From the IMG/VR virus record IMGVR_UViG_2585428004_000001, positions 55,987-119,986 of that record: DNA of 64,000 bases; one strand, 5' to 3'. The notes beneath the pieces were generated by a model, which was given only the letters and a program-made list of their open reading frames with translations, made no database searches and had not been told where the DNA came from. The DNA is from a virus. Lineage: Duplodnaviria; Caudoviricetes. Made by a program: the position numbers and the translations under genes. Every line of letters begins with the position of its first letter. Position 1 is the first letter of the stretch. Shown here piece after piece: positions 50,062 to 58,358 of the stretch.

Positions 50062-50065
50062 ATAA

Positions 50066-50142
50066 TGGCGTTCCAAGTAGGACTTGAACCTACGACCTTT
50101 CGCTTAACAGGCGACTGCTCTAACCAACTGAGCTACAGGAAC
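50066..50142 (-). tRNA. tRNA-Asn(GTT)
   Basis: Canonical cloverleaf with CCA. Confidence 0.92.
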
Positions 50143-50306
50143 AGTAGTTGAAGATGTTGGCGCATCTTCACACTTTCACTTGAAAAGGAGGATTTGCAAA
50201 GGGTTGCCGTTACCCTCTGCGCACACTTCCTATTCATCTACATCCGTCAATGTAGATATAAGGTAAATCAACGAACAATATATTTTGTTAGGAGGAACAA
50301 TAATAT

Positions 50307-50375
50307 TGGGCTGTGCTTGGATTTGAACCAAGATAAGGGATGCCTCCCTTGCATTTTACTTATGCTACACGAACC
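50307..50375 (-). tRNA. Aberrant tRNA (anticodon arm AAGGG-AGGCAT-CCCTT, 6-nt loop; possibly Cys-derived)
   Basis: D-arm GCAT/ATGC, T-arm CTTGG-TTCAAAT-CCAAG, bulged acceptor stem. Confidence 0.5.
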
Positions 50376-50440
50376 ATGTTAAAGGAGAGTTATGCGCTAC
50401 ACATAACTCTCTAAAAGAATAAGTCTAACTAAAAGTTAAA

Positions 50441-50725
50441 TTAGAATTTACGAATTGTTTTTGATAAAGTTGCTGTTGCTTTACGGTGTGCAGGAACTTC
50501 AACTGGTTCACCAGTCTTAGGATTCTTCGCTGTGCGAGCTTCAACTTCTTTAGTTGTGAAATCTACGAAGCCTTTAAGTTTAACATCTTCGCCTGCTTTT
50601 AAAGCATTAACTACTACAGTTTCTAAAGCGTCAACGTGTGCTTTAACTACTTTTTGAGAAGCCTCAATTTCGTGTGTTTCCTTAAGTTCTGCTTGTACTG
50701 CAACTACTACATCTTGTTTTAACAT
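50441..50725 (-). CDS. HU-family DNA-binding protein
   Basis: GEDVKLKGF..ARTAKNPKTGE motif; start at MLKQ. Confidence 0.92.
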   Translation of the reverse strand: MLKQDVVVAVQAELKETHEIEASQKVVKAHVDALETVVVNALKAGEDVKLKGFVDFTTKEVEARTAKNPKTGEPVEVPAHRKATATLSKTIRKF

Positions 50726-50800
50726 AATATCTTTTTCCCTCTTTCTCACTCACATTTAATAAAATGTTTGTTTTAATAATTTTAATGTTTTTGTTTTAGC

Positions 50801-50899
50801 GCTCGAAGGTAGGAATCGAACCCACATCTGTTCGTCTCAAACGACTTATATAATTACCAGTTCACTACTGGTCGCTTTCCCAATTAAGCTACTTCGAAC
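50801..50899 (-). tRNA. tRNA-His(GTG)-like with enlarged variable region
   Basis: 8-bp acceptor stem (G-1 like), ACCAG-TAGTGAA-CTGGT anticodon arm (A33), ~30-nt extra arm, T-arm TTCGATT. Confidence 0.55.
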
Positions 50900-51097
50900 A
50901 TGAAAAAACTAAGCTACCGTTGATAGCTTAGTTTGACTGTGTGATTGGGGAATATAATAAATTGACTAAGGAGGCAATTATTATGACTTGTAGGTAGTTT
51001 TGCAATGGTTTTGTTTAACCCCTACAATATATATAGCAGTAACTGCCTCGATAGTTGCACTTTTTTATTAATTTTTTTAAAAAGTTTTTTCGATGGT

Positions 51098-52132
51098 CTA
51101 TAAACCCTTGTTTTTCTCTACGTAATGCTTAGACACCTTTTTGCCAATTCTTTTAATGATACGAGTCATCTTGTACTGTGGAATATCATATTCCTTAACA
51201 ATGCGCTCTCTAGTATAGCCCTTTAAGAACAGGTTTAAAACCATTGATTCCTCTTCATTTAGCGTGTCGATATCAACAAGTACCTTATCTAATTCTTCTA
51301 TTAAAAGACCAATATCAGATGTCATGTCTACCTTTTCATAATGAGAAATCAATGCTCCAACAACCTTTTCATCATCTAGTTCAATGGAGTTAGTTAAGGC
51401 TCTACCTTGGCTACTGCCAGTATTTCTGAATCTGATTGGCTTCTTGATAGCTTCTTTAATTAAGACTTGATTGTCAGCCATATCTTTAATCCATCTATTA
51501 ACATAGATATCTACGTTTCTTCTAATCTTCTTCAAAGCTTCTCTGTCTTTTTCATCTACTATATTAGGAAGCATTTTGTCGATGCGTTCTGCTAGTCTCT
51601 TTTTATATGAATCCTGTTTCATCATATCAATACTGTCTTGCAGATTAGCAATTTCCTTAATCTCTCTAATGTCTTTAGCATAAAGCTTTTGGCTATCATC
51701 CATTCTGTAGTTCTGGTCGTTTGGGGAGAAGAACATATCTATTACCTCTACTCCCTCTTCCATACCTGCTTGCAGTGTAGATGTATTGATGTTTTGTGAT
51801 TCTTTATAGTTGTTAAACTCTCGTTGAGACTTCCAGAATCGATATACAATTTTACGACTTGATTCAATATCCTTTGCATTCAGTAAGTATGTACCAAGTA
51901 ATTCTAATGTTTTACATACAGCATCCTGCTCTGCCATCCATCCTTTTTGAGTTGGACTAGCATCATAGTATTCTGCAAAGTAAGTAGTTATGAAATCATG
52001 CAGACTACCATCCTCATTATTTAGTAATCCAGTAACCAGTTCTAATCTATCATCAAACTTTGTAATAGAAGCATCGTACTTCTGAAAGTCCACCAGCTTC
52101 TTTCCTTCTATTTCACTTGTAAAGTATTTCAC
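51098..52132 (-). CDS. Protein with C-terminal sigma region 4-like HTH (candidate transcription regulator)
   Basis: LNEEESMVLNLFLKGYTRERIVKEY pattern. Confidence 0.55.
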   Translation of the reverse strand: MKYFTSEIEGKKLVDFQKYDASITKFDDRLELVTGLLNNEDGSLHDFITTYFAEYYDASPTQKGWMAEQDAVCKTLELLGTYLLNAKDIESSRKIVYRFWKSQREFNNYKESQNINTSTLQAGMEEGVEVIDMFFSPNDQNYRMDDSQKLYAKDIREIKEIANLQDSIDMMKQDSYKKRLAERIDKMLPNIVDEKDREALKKIRRNVDIYVNRWIKDMADNQVLIKEAIKKPIRFRNTGSSQGRALTNSIELDDEKVVGALISHYEKVDMTSDIGLLIEELDKVLVDIDTLNEEESMVLNLFLKGYTRERIVKEYDIPQYKMTRIIKRIGKKVSKHYVEKNKGL

Positions 52133-52323
52133 GTTAATGCAACTCCTTTTCTCTTTTTACCTTTGCCTCGTTTGCCTTTTGGTTTATCTGGGACACTGCC
52201 TGTTCTTTCGAAGTCATCATACATTGCATCTAACTTGCCACTTAGATACAATTCATTCATTTCATCATTGCTGTAGTGTCCTAACTCTCTTTCAAATGGT
52301 GTGTAACTGCCCATACCTTTCAT
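52129..52323 (-). CDS. Small hypothetical protein
   Basis: GAGGA RBS; promoter TTGCAA-17-TATAAT upstream. Confidence 0.7.
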   Translation of the reverse strand: MKGMGSYTPFERELGHYSNDEMNELYLSGKLDAMYDDFERTGSVPDKPKGKRGKGKKRKGVALT

Positions 52324-52443
52324 AGTTGCCTATCCTCTTTCTGTGTTTAGTGTTTGTGTTTTGAAATCATTATATCAACAAAACCATTAAATTGCAATGG
52401 TTTTGTTTAATAGAAGAATTAAAGAACCGTATGTAAAGGCTCT

Positions 52444-52836
52444 TTAATCTTCGAGTATATCATTCTCTCTCATCTCTTTTACGTACTTTTCATAGTCGCC
52501 ATCTTCAACACCTGTACTACGATGGAAGTTTTCTTTCCACTTACCTTCCCTTTTCACAAATTTATCAGAACTTCTATTACCAACAAATACATCTGAACTT
52601 CTATATTCAAACACTAATTTATAAACTTGTAATGTTTGTGTCTTTAAATATTCTTCAAGCATTTGTACCATCTGTGGACTTGGAAGGTCTCTCATTGTCA
52701 CACAGTTATTATAGTAGGTATAATTTATTTTAAATGCATAACATAGTTCTCTTTTAGAAAGGTTTTCTGCGATGCGTTTAATCTCGGCTCTCCTTACAAT
52801 ATCCTTTAGCCTTAAGTGTTCTAGTTCTAAACCCAT
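52444..52836 (-). CDS. XRE-like HTH DNA-binding protein
   Basis: NLSKRELCYAFKINYTYYNNCVTMRDLPS resembles an HTH_XRE fold. Confidence 0.55.
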   Translation of the reverse strand: MGLELEHLRLKDIVRRAEIKRIAENLSKRELCYAFKINYTYYNNCVTMRDLPSPQMVQMLEEYLKTQTLQVYKLVFEYRSSDVFVGNRSSDKFVKREGKWKENFHRSTGVEDGDYEKYVKEMRENDILED

Positions 52837-53037
52837 TTGTATTCCTCCGTTTGATTAACTTGTGGATTCAGTATAACACTGTAGTAGTGTTACAGTCAAT
52901 CGTAGCGTTCTTTATAAAGGAAGGAAAGCCCAAAGTCAGAAGTCCAAGGGCGCACGAACCGTGGGGCGCTCTTATCTCTCATCTTTTTACTTTCGTGTCC
53001 TCTTCTTAAATTCTCTCCTCTTTTTACAGTCCCTAAT

Positions 53038-53140
53038 TGAGACGATAATCGTCTCAAAATGGTACTGGTAAAAATCCAATCTGAGACGATTATCGTCTCA
53101 ATTTTCTCTGGCTCTGAAATCTGAGACGATAATCGTCTCA
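53038..53140. repeat. Three 19-bp palindromes TGAGACGAT(A/T)ATCGTCTCA; a fourth at 53886-53904
   Basis: Copies at 53038, 53082, 53122 and 53886. Confidence 0.9.
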
Positions 53141-53149
53141 ATTTGGATT

Positions 53150-53830
53150 TTAGTTATTCAGTTCTGATGTAATGTAGTCGATAGCATGTTGTTTATCGTC
53201 CCATCTACTATATACGTTCTTATCTTTACCTTTACCCTTCTTATATGTTTGGTGGTAAAGGATTTCATTTTCATGTAACTGTTGGACGTATTTCATAATT
53301 GTTTTGCGATTGACTCCTGTACATTCTTCAAGTGTCTCTATATTAGGAAAGCAATAGTGTGGCGATTTCTCATTTACATATATGTAAGAGACTATCTCCA
53401 TGAACACTACGAACATCTTGGCTTTGTTCTTGTCATCTAGTGTCATTATCTTATAAGCTTCCTTCATATAAATCCTTGTATACTGACTAGGCTTCTCGTC
53501 ATTAACTCTTACAAAGTACGTCTTTGACAACTGGATACAATCAACTACGACTGTTCCTAGAAAGTCAGCATAAACCTCAATCATCCCTGCTTCAATTAAA
53601 TTGTCTACAGATTCTTTAATGGAATTCTTGTTTTTAGAGTTTAAGCTAAAGCCAACCATGCTCAAGACCACCTCTGTACTAAATGGTGCTATACCATTAT
53701 ATGACTTGTTGTTTGAGAAAGACATGCTTTTCAATATCATATATACAAACTTATCTTGAGTGCTATGTTGGCTTTCTTTCATGAATTCATTACATATATC
53801 TATGTAAAGATTCTTTACCTCCTTTTCCAT
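53150..53830 (-). CDS. Winged-helix protein, replication-initiator-like
   Basis: CFPNIETLEECTGVNRKTIMKYVQQL (HTH_36-like); flanked by the palindromic repeats. Confidence 0.65.
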   Translation of the reverse strand: MEKEVKNLYIDICNEFMKESQHSTQDKFVYMILKSMSFSNNKSYNGIAPFSTEVVLSMVGFSLNSKNKNSIKESVDNLIEAGMIEVYADFLGTVVVDCIQLSKTYFVRVNDEKPSQYTRIYMKEAYKIMTLDDKNKAKMFVVFMEIVSYIYVNEKSPHYCFPNIETLEECTGVNRKTIMKYVQQLHENEILYHQTYKKGKGKDKNVYSRWDDKQHAIDYITSELNN

Positions 53831-54033
53831 AACACCCCTCCTGCATATTCATTGCAATGGTTTTGTTTAATAACCAGTACCAATTTGAGACGATAATCGT
53901 CTCGTTTTCCATCCTACAATACTTCATAAAAAATTGCAATGGTTTTGTTTAATGTAAAAAAATACGATTAAACGAAAACATTGCAATTCCTTCTATTATA
54001 TGCGAGTTAATTTTTCGCCAAAAATCAAGCTAT

Positions 54034-54087
54034 TTATCCACATGTGGACAAACCCTACTTGTCAAGAGTTTTCAAGTCTGCTAGAAT
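54034..54087 (+). promoter_or_regulatory. Paired DnaA boxes and rep promoter
   Basis: TTATCCACA (54034) + TGTGGACAA (54043); TTGTCA-17-TAGAAT (54059-54087). Confidence 0.7.
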
Positions 54088-54109
54088 GGATTTATACAAA
54101 TTGATACGG

Positions 54110-54218
54110 AAATAGAGCAAACGCCCCATCCTCTCATAGTTTGGCGACCTTGAAGGATAGAGCGTTCAGTGATTAAACCCACATAGAGTGGTTGTTTTCT
54201 GTTTTCTTAATTGCTTAT
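54110..54218 (-). ncRNA. Countertranscript RNA in the rep leader (copy-number control)
   Basis: Minus-strand promoter TTGATT-17-TAAACT (54225-54253); the hairpin at 54119-54166 pairs via G-U on the minus strand; TTGGCG in the leader loop. Confidence 0.55.
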
Positions 54219-54307
54219 GAGTAAAGTTTACCATAGCATTTTTAGAAAATCAACAACTTTATGTGTATTTAGTCCTGCCTTTCCGATGAATAGGGAGGAT
54301 TTTTATT

Positions 54308-55351
54308 ATGGATAAAAAAGATTATTACAAAGATTACAATCATGAGAAGTACGCTCACTTTCGCCTAGTAAAAGTAGGAGGTTTTGATGCTCAAGATGTT
54401 GAGTCTGAGAAAGGTAAGAGAAAGAGATTCAATCCTAGAACTGAAAAAAGAATAATTCCTTTCGAAGAGATTAAGAGTTTAAAACTGGATGAGTATGGGA
54501 CTCTATGTCCACAACTTGATACAGAAGACTACATTGTAATAGGCAACTATCTACTTGACTTCTGGGGAGCTGTTCTTGGTTCAGATGCAGTTCTTTTATA
54601 TCAGCATTTAAAGAGATATGCATTTGGCAAAAAGGATTTCTGTTTCCCAGATTTAGAAATGATTGGCTTGAAGATGGGTAAGAGTCCTAATACAGTCAAG
54701 AAATACTTAAGTATACTAGAAGATAATCATTTTATTGCAAAATTTAATAGATATGATGTGACAGATAATAATAGAGAGGTTAGTCCATTCTTCAAGATAA
54801 GAAGGTATGTTCCATTATTGACACAAGATATGGTTAACGAGCTTCCTCCAAAGCTACAGGAGCTTCATGAGAAATTCATGGATGAATATAGCGGTCTATC
54901 GCTAACGAACGAGCTAACTGAGCAAACTGCAGTGGTTAATGAGATGACTATTGGAAAAGAGATTATAGCAAACAAGCATCAGCGTAAAAAAATACAGGCA
55001 ATATTAAATGAAGAAGACAATTATCAATACATAATAAAGAATTTGGACGATGACTCTAGATACTCCACTGAATTCTTCCATGATGAACTGATTAAACATA
55101 TCTCCAAACCATCCTATGAGACTTGGATTGAGAAATTACTATTTATTCCCAGGAATGGAAAGTGGATAATCGCATGTCCTAATACGTTTATACTAGAGTG
55201 GGTTCAAGGGAACTATCAAGATGTGTTTAGAGAACACCTTTCTACAGTCGAATTGTCAAAGGTTGTAAGTAGTAAATTTGAAAAAGATTCTGAGATGGAG
55301 TTCGTATTAATGGAAGAAGTAATTGAAAAAATGTTTACAAGCAGGGCTTAA
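54308..55351 (+). CDS. repA: Plasmid-type replication initiator (HTH + C-terminal DnaA-N-like domain)
   Basis: CFPDLEMIGLKMGKSPNTVKKYL HTH; ISKPSYETW..PNTFILEWV..Y DnaA_N-like domain; adjacent iterons. Confidence 0.8.
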   Translation: MDKKDYYKDYNHEKYAHFRLVKVGGFDAQDVESEKGKRKRFNPRTEKRIIPFEEIKSLKLDEYGTLCPQLDTEDYIVIGNYLLDFWGAVLGSDAVLLYQHLKRYAFGKKDFCFPDLEMIGLKMGKSPNTVKKYLSILEDNHFIAKFNRYDVTDNNREVSPFFKIRRYVPLLTQDMVNELPPKLQELHEKFMDEYSGLSLTNELTEQTAVVNEMTIGKEIIANKHQRKKIQAILNEEDNYQYIIKNLDDDSRYSTEFFHDELIKHISKPSYETWIEKLLFIPRNGKWIIACPNTFILEWVQGNYQDVFREHLSTVELSKVVSSKFEKDSEMEFVLMEEVIEKMFTSRA

Positions 55352-55382
55352 ATGCCTTGCTTTTTTTATCACCAAAAGCGCA

Positions 55383-55665
55383 TATCAATGATTGATGTGT
55401 GGGTATCAATCATTGATATGCGGTAAAAAATCTGCCTATCAACCATTGATGGGCAGGGTATCAACTATTGATATGGGGTAGTATCAACCATTGATAGGCG
55501 ACTTATCCACAATACCAACACGTCAATTACATATCAATGGTTGATAGGCGAAAAACACACATATCAACCATTGATACCACTCCGTATCAACCATTGATAC
55601 CATAATCATTACAATCTTTTAATCATTACAATCTTTATTCTTTTAATTATTAATTAATATTATAG
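55383..55665. repeat. Replication origin: 8 iterons TATCAA-NNN-TTGAT(A/G), DnaA box and AT-rich region
   Basis: Iterons at 55383, 55404, 55437, 55459, 55482, 55532, 55562 and 55585; TTATCCACA at 55503; TAATCATTACAATCTTT twice, then an AT run. Confidence 0.85.
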
Positions 55666-55977
55666 GATTCTCTCGTAACGGATATTAATCTCACTTTCAA
55701 AAATCACTACCAAAATTTACAGAGAGGTCAATCTCTAAAAATACCCCTCTCGACTCCATACAAGCCCATAGAGAGGTTCTATCTGGATGCTAGACTAATT
55801 ATATCTGTAAAAGAACCGTCTCTGAGAAAGCTTGTACGTCCTCCAGAAGTGATACACCCCACTCCCCTACTATTATATGTAGAATTAGAACGTTTTATAC
55901 ATTATTAAACAAAACCATTGACATCTTAATGGTTTTGTTTTACGATTGTGTCAACGAGGAAATAGGAGGTTTTACCA

Positions 55978-57936
55978 ATGAAATTAACTAATGAGCAAAA
56001 GGAAGCTGTGATAACAGTTGAAGGGAACGTCTCTTGTATTGCAAGTGCAGGTTCTGGAAAGACATCAAGCTTTGTAACACGAATCGCATATATGATTCAA
56101 GAAAAGAATATTGACCCATTAAACATCCTTGCAATTACATTTACCAAGAAGGCTTCAGAAGAAATGAAGAAGCGATTAGCTAAGATGATTGGAAAAGAGA
56201 AAGCTGAGAAAGTCCCAATGGGAACATTCCACTCTATCTGCTATCGATTGCTAAAGGTTCTCGACAAAGACTTTGACAAAATGAAGATTGCTCCAGACTG
56301 GTGGCGCTTTGGTCTTATCAATGACCTTTGTAAAGAAGGAAATGATAAGAATCCAAATGGTCTCAACCTTGGGATTAAAGCAGGAGAACTTGCATCATTT
56401 ATCTCTTATCAAAAGAGCAATGGTATCGAACCACACCAACCTGTACTAATCAATGATGACGTTGATTATGTAGATGGAGTTTCAAGAAGCCTATTACAAG
56501 AAGCTTATGAAACATATGAGCGTGTAAAAGAAGGTTCACGTCAAATTGATTTCGATGACATGATTCTACATATGTACAAGAAGCTGAAAGAAGATGCGAG
56601 TTTCAGAGAGAAGCTTGGTAAACAGTATAAGTACATTATGGTAGACGAGTATCAAGATACAGCGATTATTATCAGAGAGATTATTCGAATGATTAACGAT
56701 ACTAATGTTTTTGTAGTCGGTGATTTTCGTCAGAGTATTTACAAGTTCATTAATGCAAAAGTTGAGAACATCTTAAACTTCAAAGATGACTTCAAGGATG
56801 TAAAGCTAATTGAATTAAATAAGAACTTTAGAAGCACGCAGAATATCGTTGCCCTATCCAATCAGATTATCGCTAACTCCCCTATCGAGAAGTACAAAGA
56901 TTATAAACCATCTGAGTCTGTAGCGGAAGTTGGAGAAGAAGTAAAGTTTACAGCATATCAAAATGAAGACAATCAAATTGAAGGCATTGCTGATGAAGTA
57001 GAGAAGTTGCATGAGCAAGGTGTGCCATTAAAAGAGATTGCCATCCTAGTAAGAACAAATGCACAGACAGCAATTATTGAAGATATATTTGCTGAAAGAG
57101 ATATTCCTTATGAAGTGAGTAAGTCCATGAGTTTCTTTGACAGAAAAGAAGTGTTAGACATTCTGAGTTATGCTCGTGTCGCTGTAGACGAAACTGACGA
57201 TGCTAGTTTCAGACGAATCTATAACACTCCAAATCGATATCTTAGCAAGCGTTCTCTAGAGCAACTAGATTCATTTGCATCTGAGAAAGAGATTGCTTTA
57301 ACAAGTGCTGTGAGATTCACTCCACAGAACAGCGATTGGAAGTTCAAGAGAAACATGGATTCATTAATGAGTATTATCAGTGAACTACGACATCAAGCTG
57401 AGTCCAATGTGAATGCAGGTAGAGTATTGCGTAACATTGTAAATGCGACTCGCTACAGAAACCATATCAATGAGACAACGACTACAGCATCTCAAATCGA
57501 TGAGAAGCTAGATTCAGTTGAAAGACTTTGTGAGATGGGTGCTAAGTTCCCTAACATCAGAGCGTTCCTTGCTCATATCATGAAAATCAAGGAGAAGCAA
57601 AAGAAGGCAAAGGGTACTGATGCTGTACAAATCGTCACTATGCATAGTTCTAAGGGCTTAGAATGGGATGTAGTATTTGTTCCAAACTGTAATGAAGACC
57701 TTATGCCCCACCACATGAACAACGATATCGAAGAAGAGCGTAGATTGTTCTATGTAGCTTGCTCTCGTCCACGTAAGAAGCTTTATATTAGCTACTACAT
57801 TTATGATGGAGAGATGGAGATTCAGAATGAAGGATTGTTTATTACAGAGTTACTTGGTGAGGATAAGACAATGGAGATGAAGAAGACATTGTTTAGAGGC
57901 ATCCGTGAAGTACATACGTACTATCCATTTAAATAA
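55978..57936 (+). CDS. UvrD/PcrA-family SF1 DNA helicase
   Basis: ASAGSGKT, ITFTKKA, VDEYQD, GDFRQSIY, NFRS, HSSKGLE, EERRLFYVACSR. Confidence 0.95.
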   Translation: MKLTNEQKEAVITVEGNVSCIASAGSGKTSSFVTRIAYMIQEKNIDPLNILAITFTKKASEEMKKRLAKMIGKEKAEKVPMGTFHSICYRLLKVLDKDFDKMKIAPDWWRFGLINDLCKEGNDKNPNGLNLGIKAGELASFISYQKSNGIEPHQPVLINDDVDYVDGVSRSLLQEAYETYERVKEGSRQIDFDDMILHMYKKLKEDASFREKLGKQYKYIMVDEYQDTAIIIREIIRMINDTNVFVVGDFRQSIYKFINAKVENILNFKDDFKDVKLIELNKNFRSTQNIVALSNQIIANSPIEKYKDYKPSESVAEVGEEVKFTAYQNEDNQIEGIADEVEKLHEQGVPLKEIAILVRTNAQTAIIEDIFAERDIPYEVSKSMSFFDRKEVLDILSYARVAVDETDDASFRRIYNTPNRYLSKRSLEQLDSFASEKEIALTSAVRFTPQNSDWKFKRNMDSLMSIISELRHQAESNVNAGRVLRNIVNATRYRNHINETTTTASQIDEKLDSVERLCEMGAKFPNIRAFLAHIMKIKEKQKKAKGTDAVQIVTMHSSKGLEWDVVFVPNCNEDLMPHHMNNDIEEERRLFYVACSRPRKKLYISYYIYDGEMEIQNEGLFITELLGEDKTMEMKKTLFRGIREVHTYYPFK

Positions 57937-58043
57937 TCATTAAACAAAACCATTGCAATATTAAACAAGCTGTGTTATTATGAAGCTAGTATTTATGTAA
58001 TAGCACAACTTAAAACAAAACCATTAAGATAAGGAGTTTTAGG

Positions 58044-58328
58044 ATGAGAGATGTTACTCCAGTATTGGCTCAAAGCCTATCTGCTTTTAAAGCCTATATA
58101 GAAGAGCATAAATTAAACATCAGTCATTTCTCCTATATCAACAGCGGTGATAATCTGCGAGGATATCGTGGGCTTATCATTACAGTTGGTCGTTGGTGGA
58201 GAAATGACAGATATAGGTCTATTGAATTCTACGATACAATCAATTCACTTGTATATAATGGACATGTATCTGTTATTCAAGGGACTTGGGAGTCAGAGGA
58301 TTCTCGAATGAAAATGAAATTACTATAA
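58044..58328 (+). CDS. Hypothetical protein
   Basis: 94 aa with AAGGAG RBS. Confidence 0.75.
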   Translation: MRDVTPVLAQSLSAFKAYIEEHKLNISHFSYINSGDNLRGYRGLIITVGRWWRNDRYRSIEFYDTINSLVYNGHVSVIQGTWESEDSRMKMKLL

Positions 58329-58358
58329 AATAATGAAGGGACTGTATGCCGATACATC

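Noticed and set aside
47780-50382. Track ORFs 47780-47995, 48081-48335, 49767-49988 and 50194-50382
   Set aside because: They overlap tRNAs or structured RNAs and lack credible protein features.
53038-53140. Regularly spaced palindromes as a mini-CRISPR array or a synthetic BsmBI Golden Gate cassette
   Set aside because: Only three 19-bp units with 21-25 bp gaps, no cas genes, and a fourth copy upstream of the adjacent HTH gene. This fits natural protein-binding sites.
52896-53141. 81-aa ORF from the track
   Set aside because: Its translation (RRLSSQ twice) is a by-product of the palindromic repeats, and it has no RBS.
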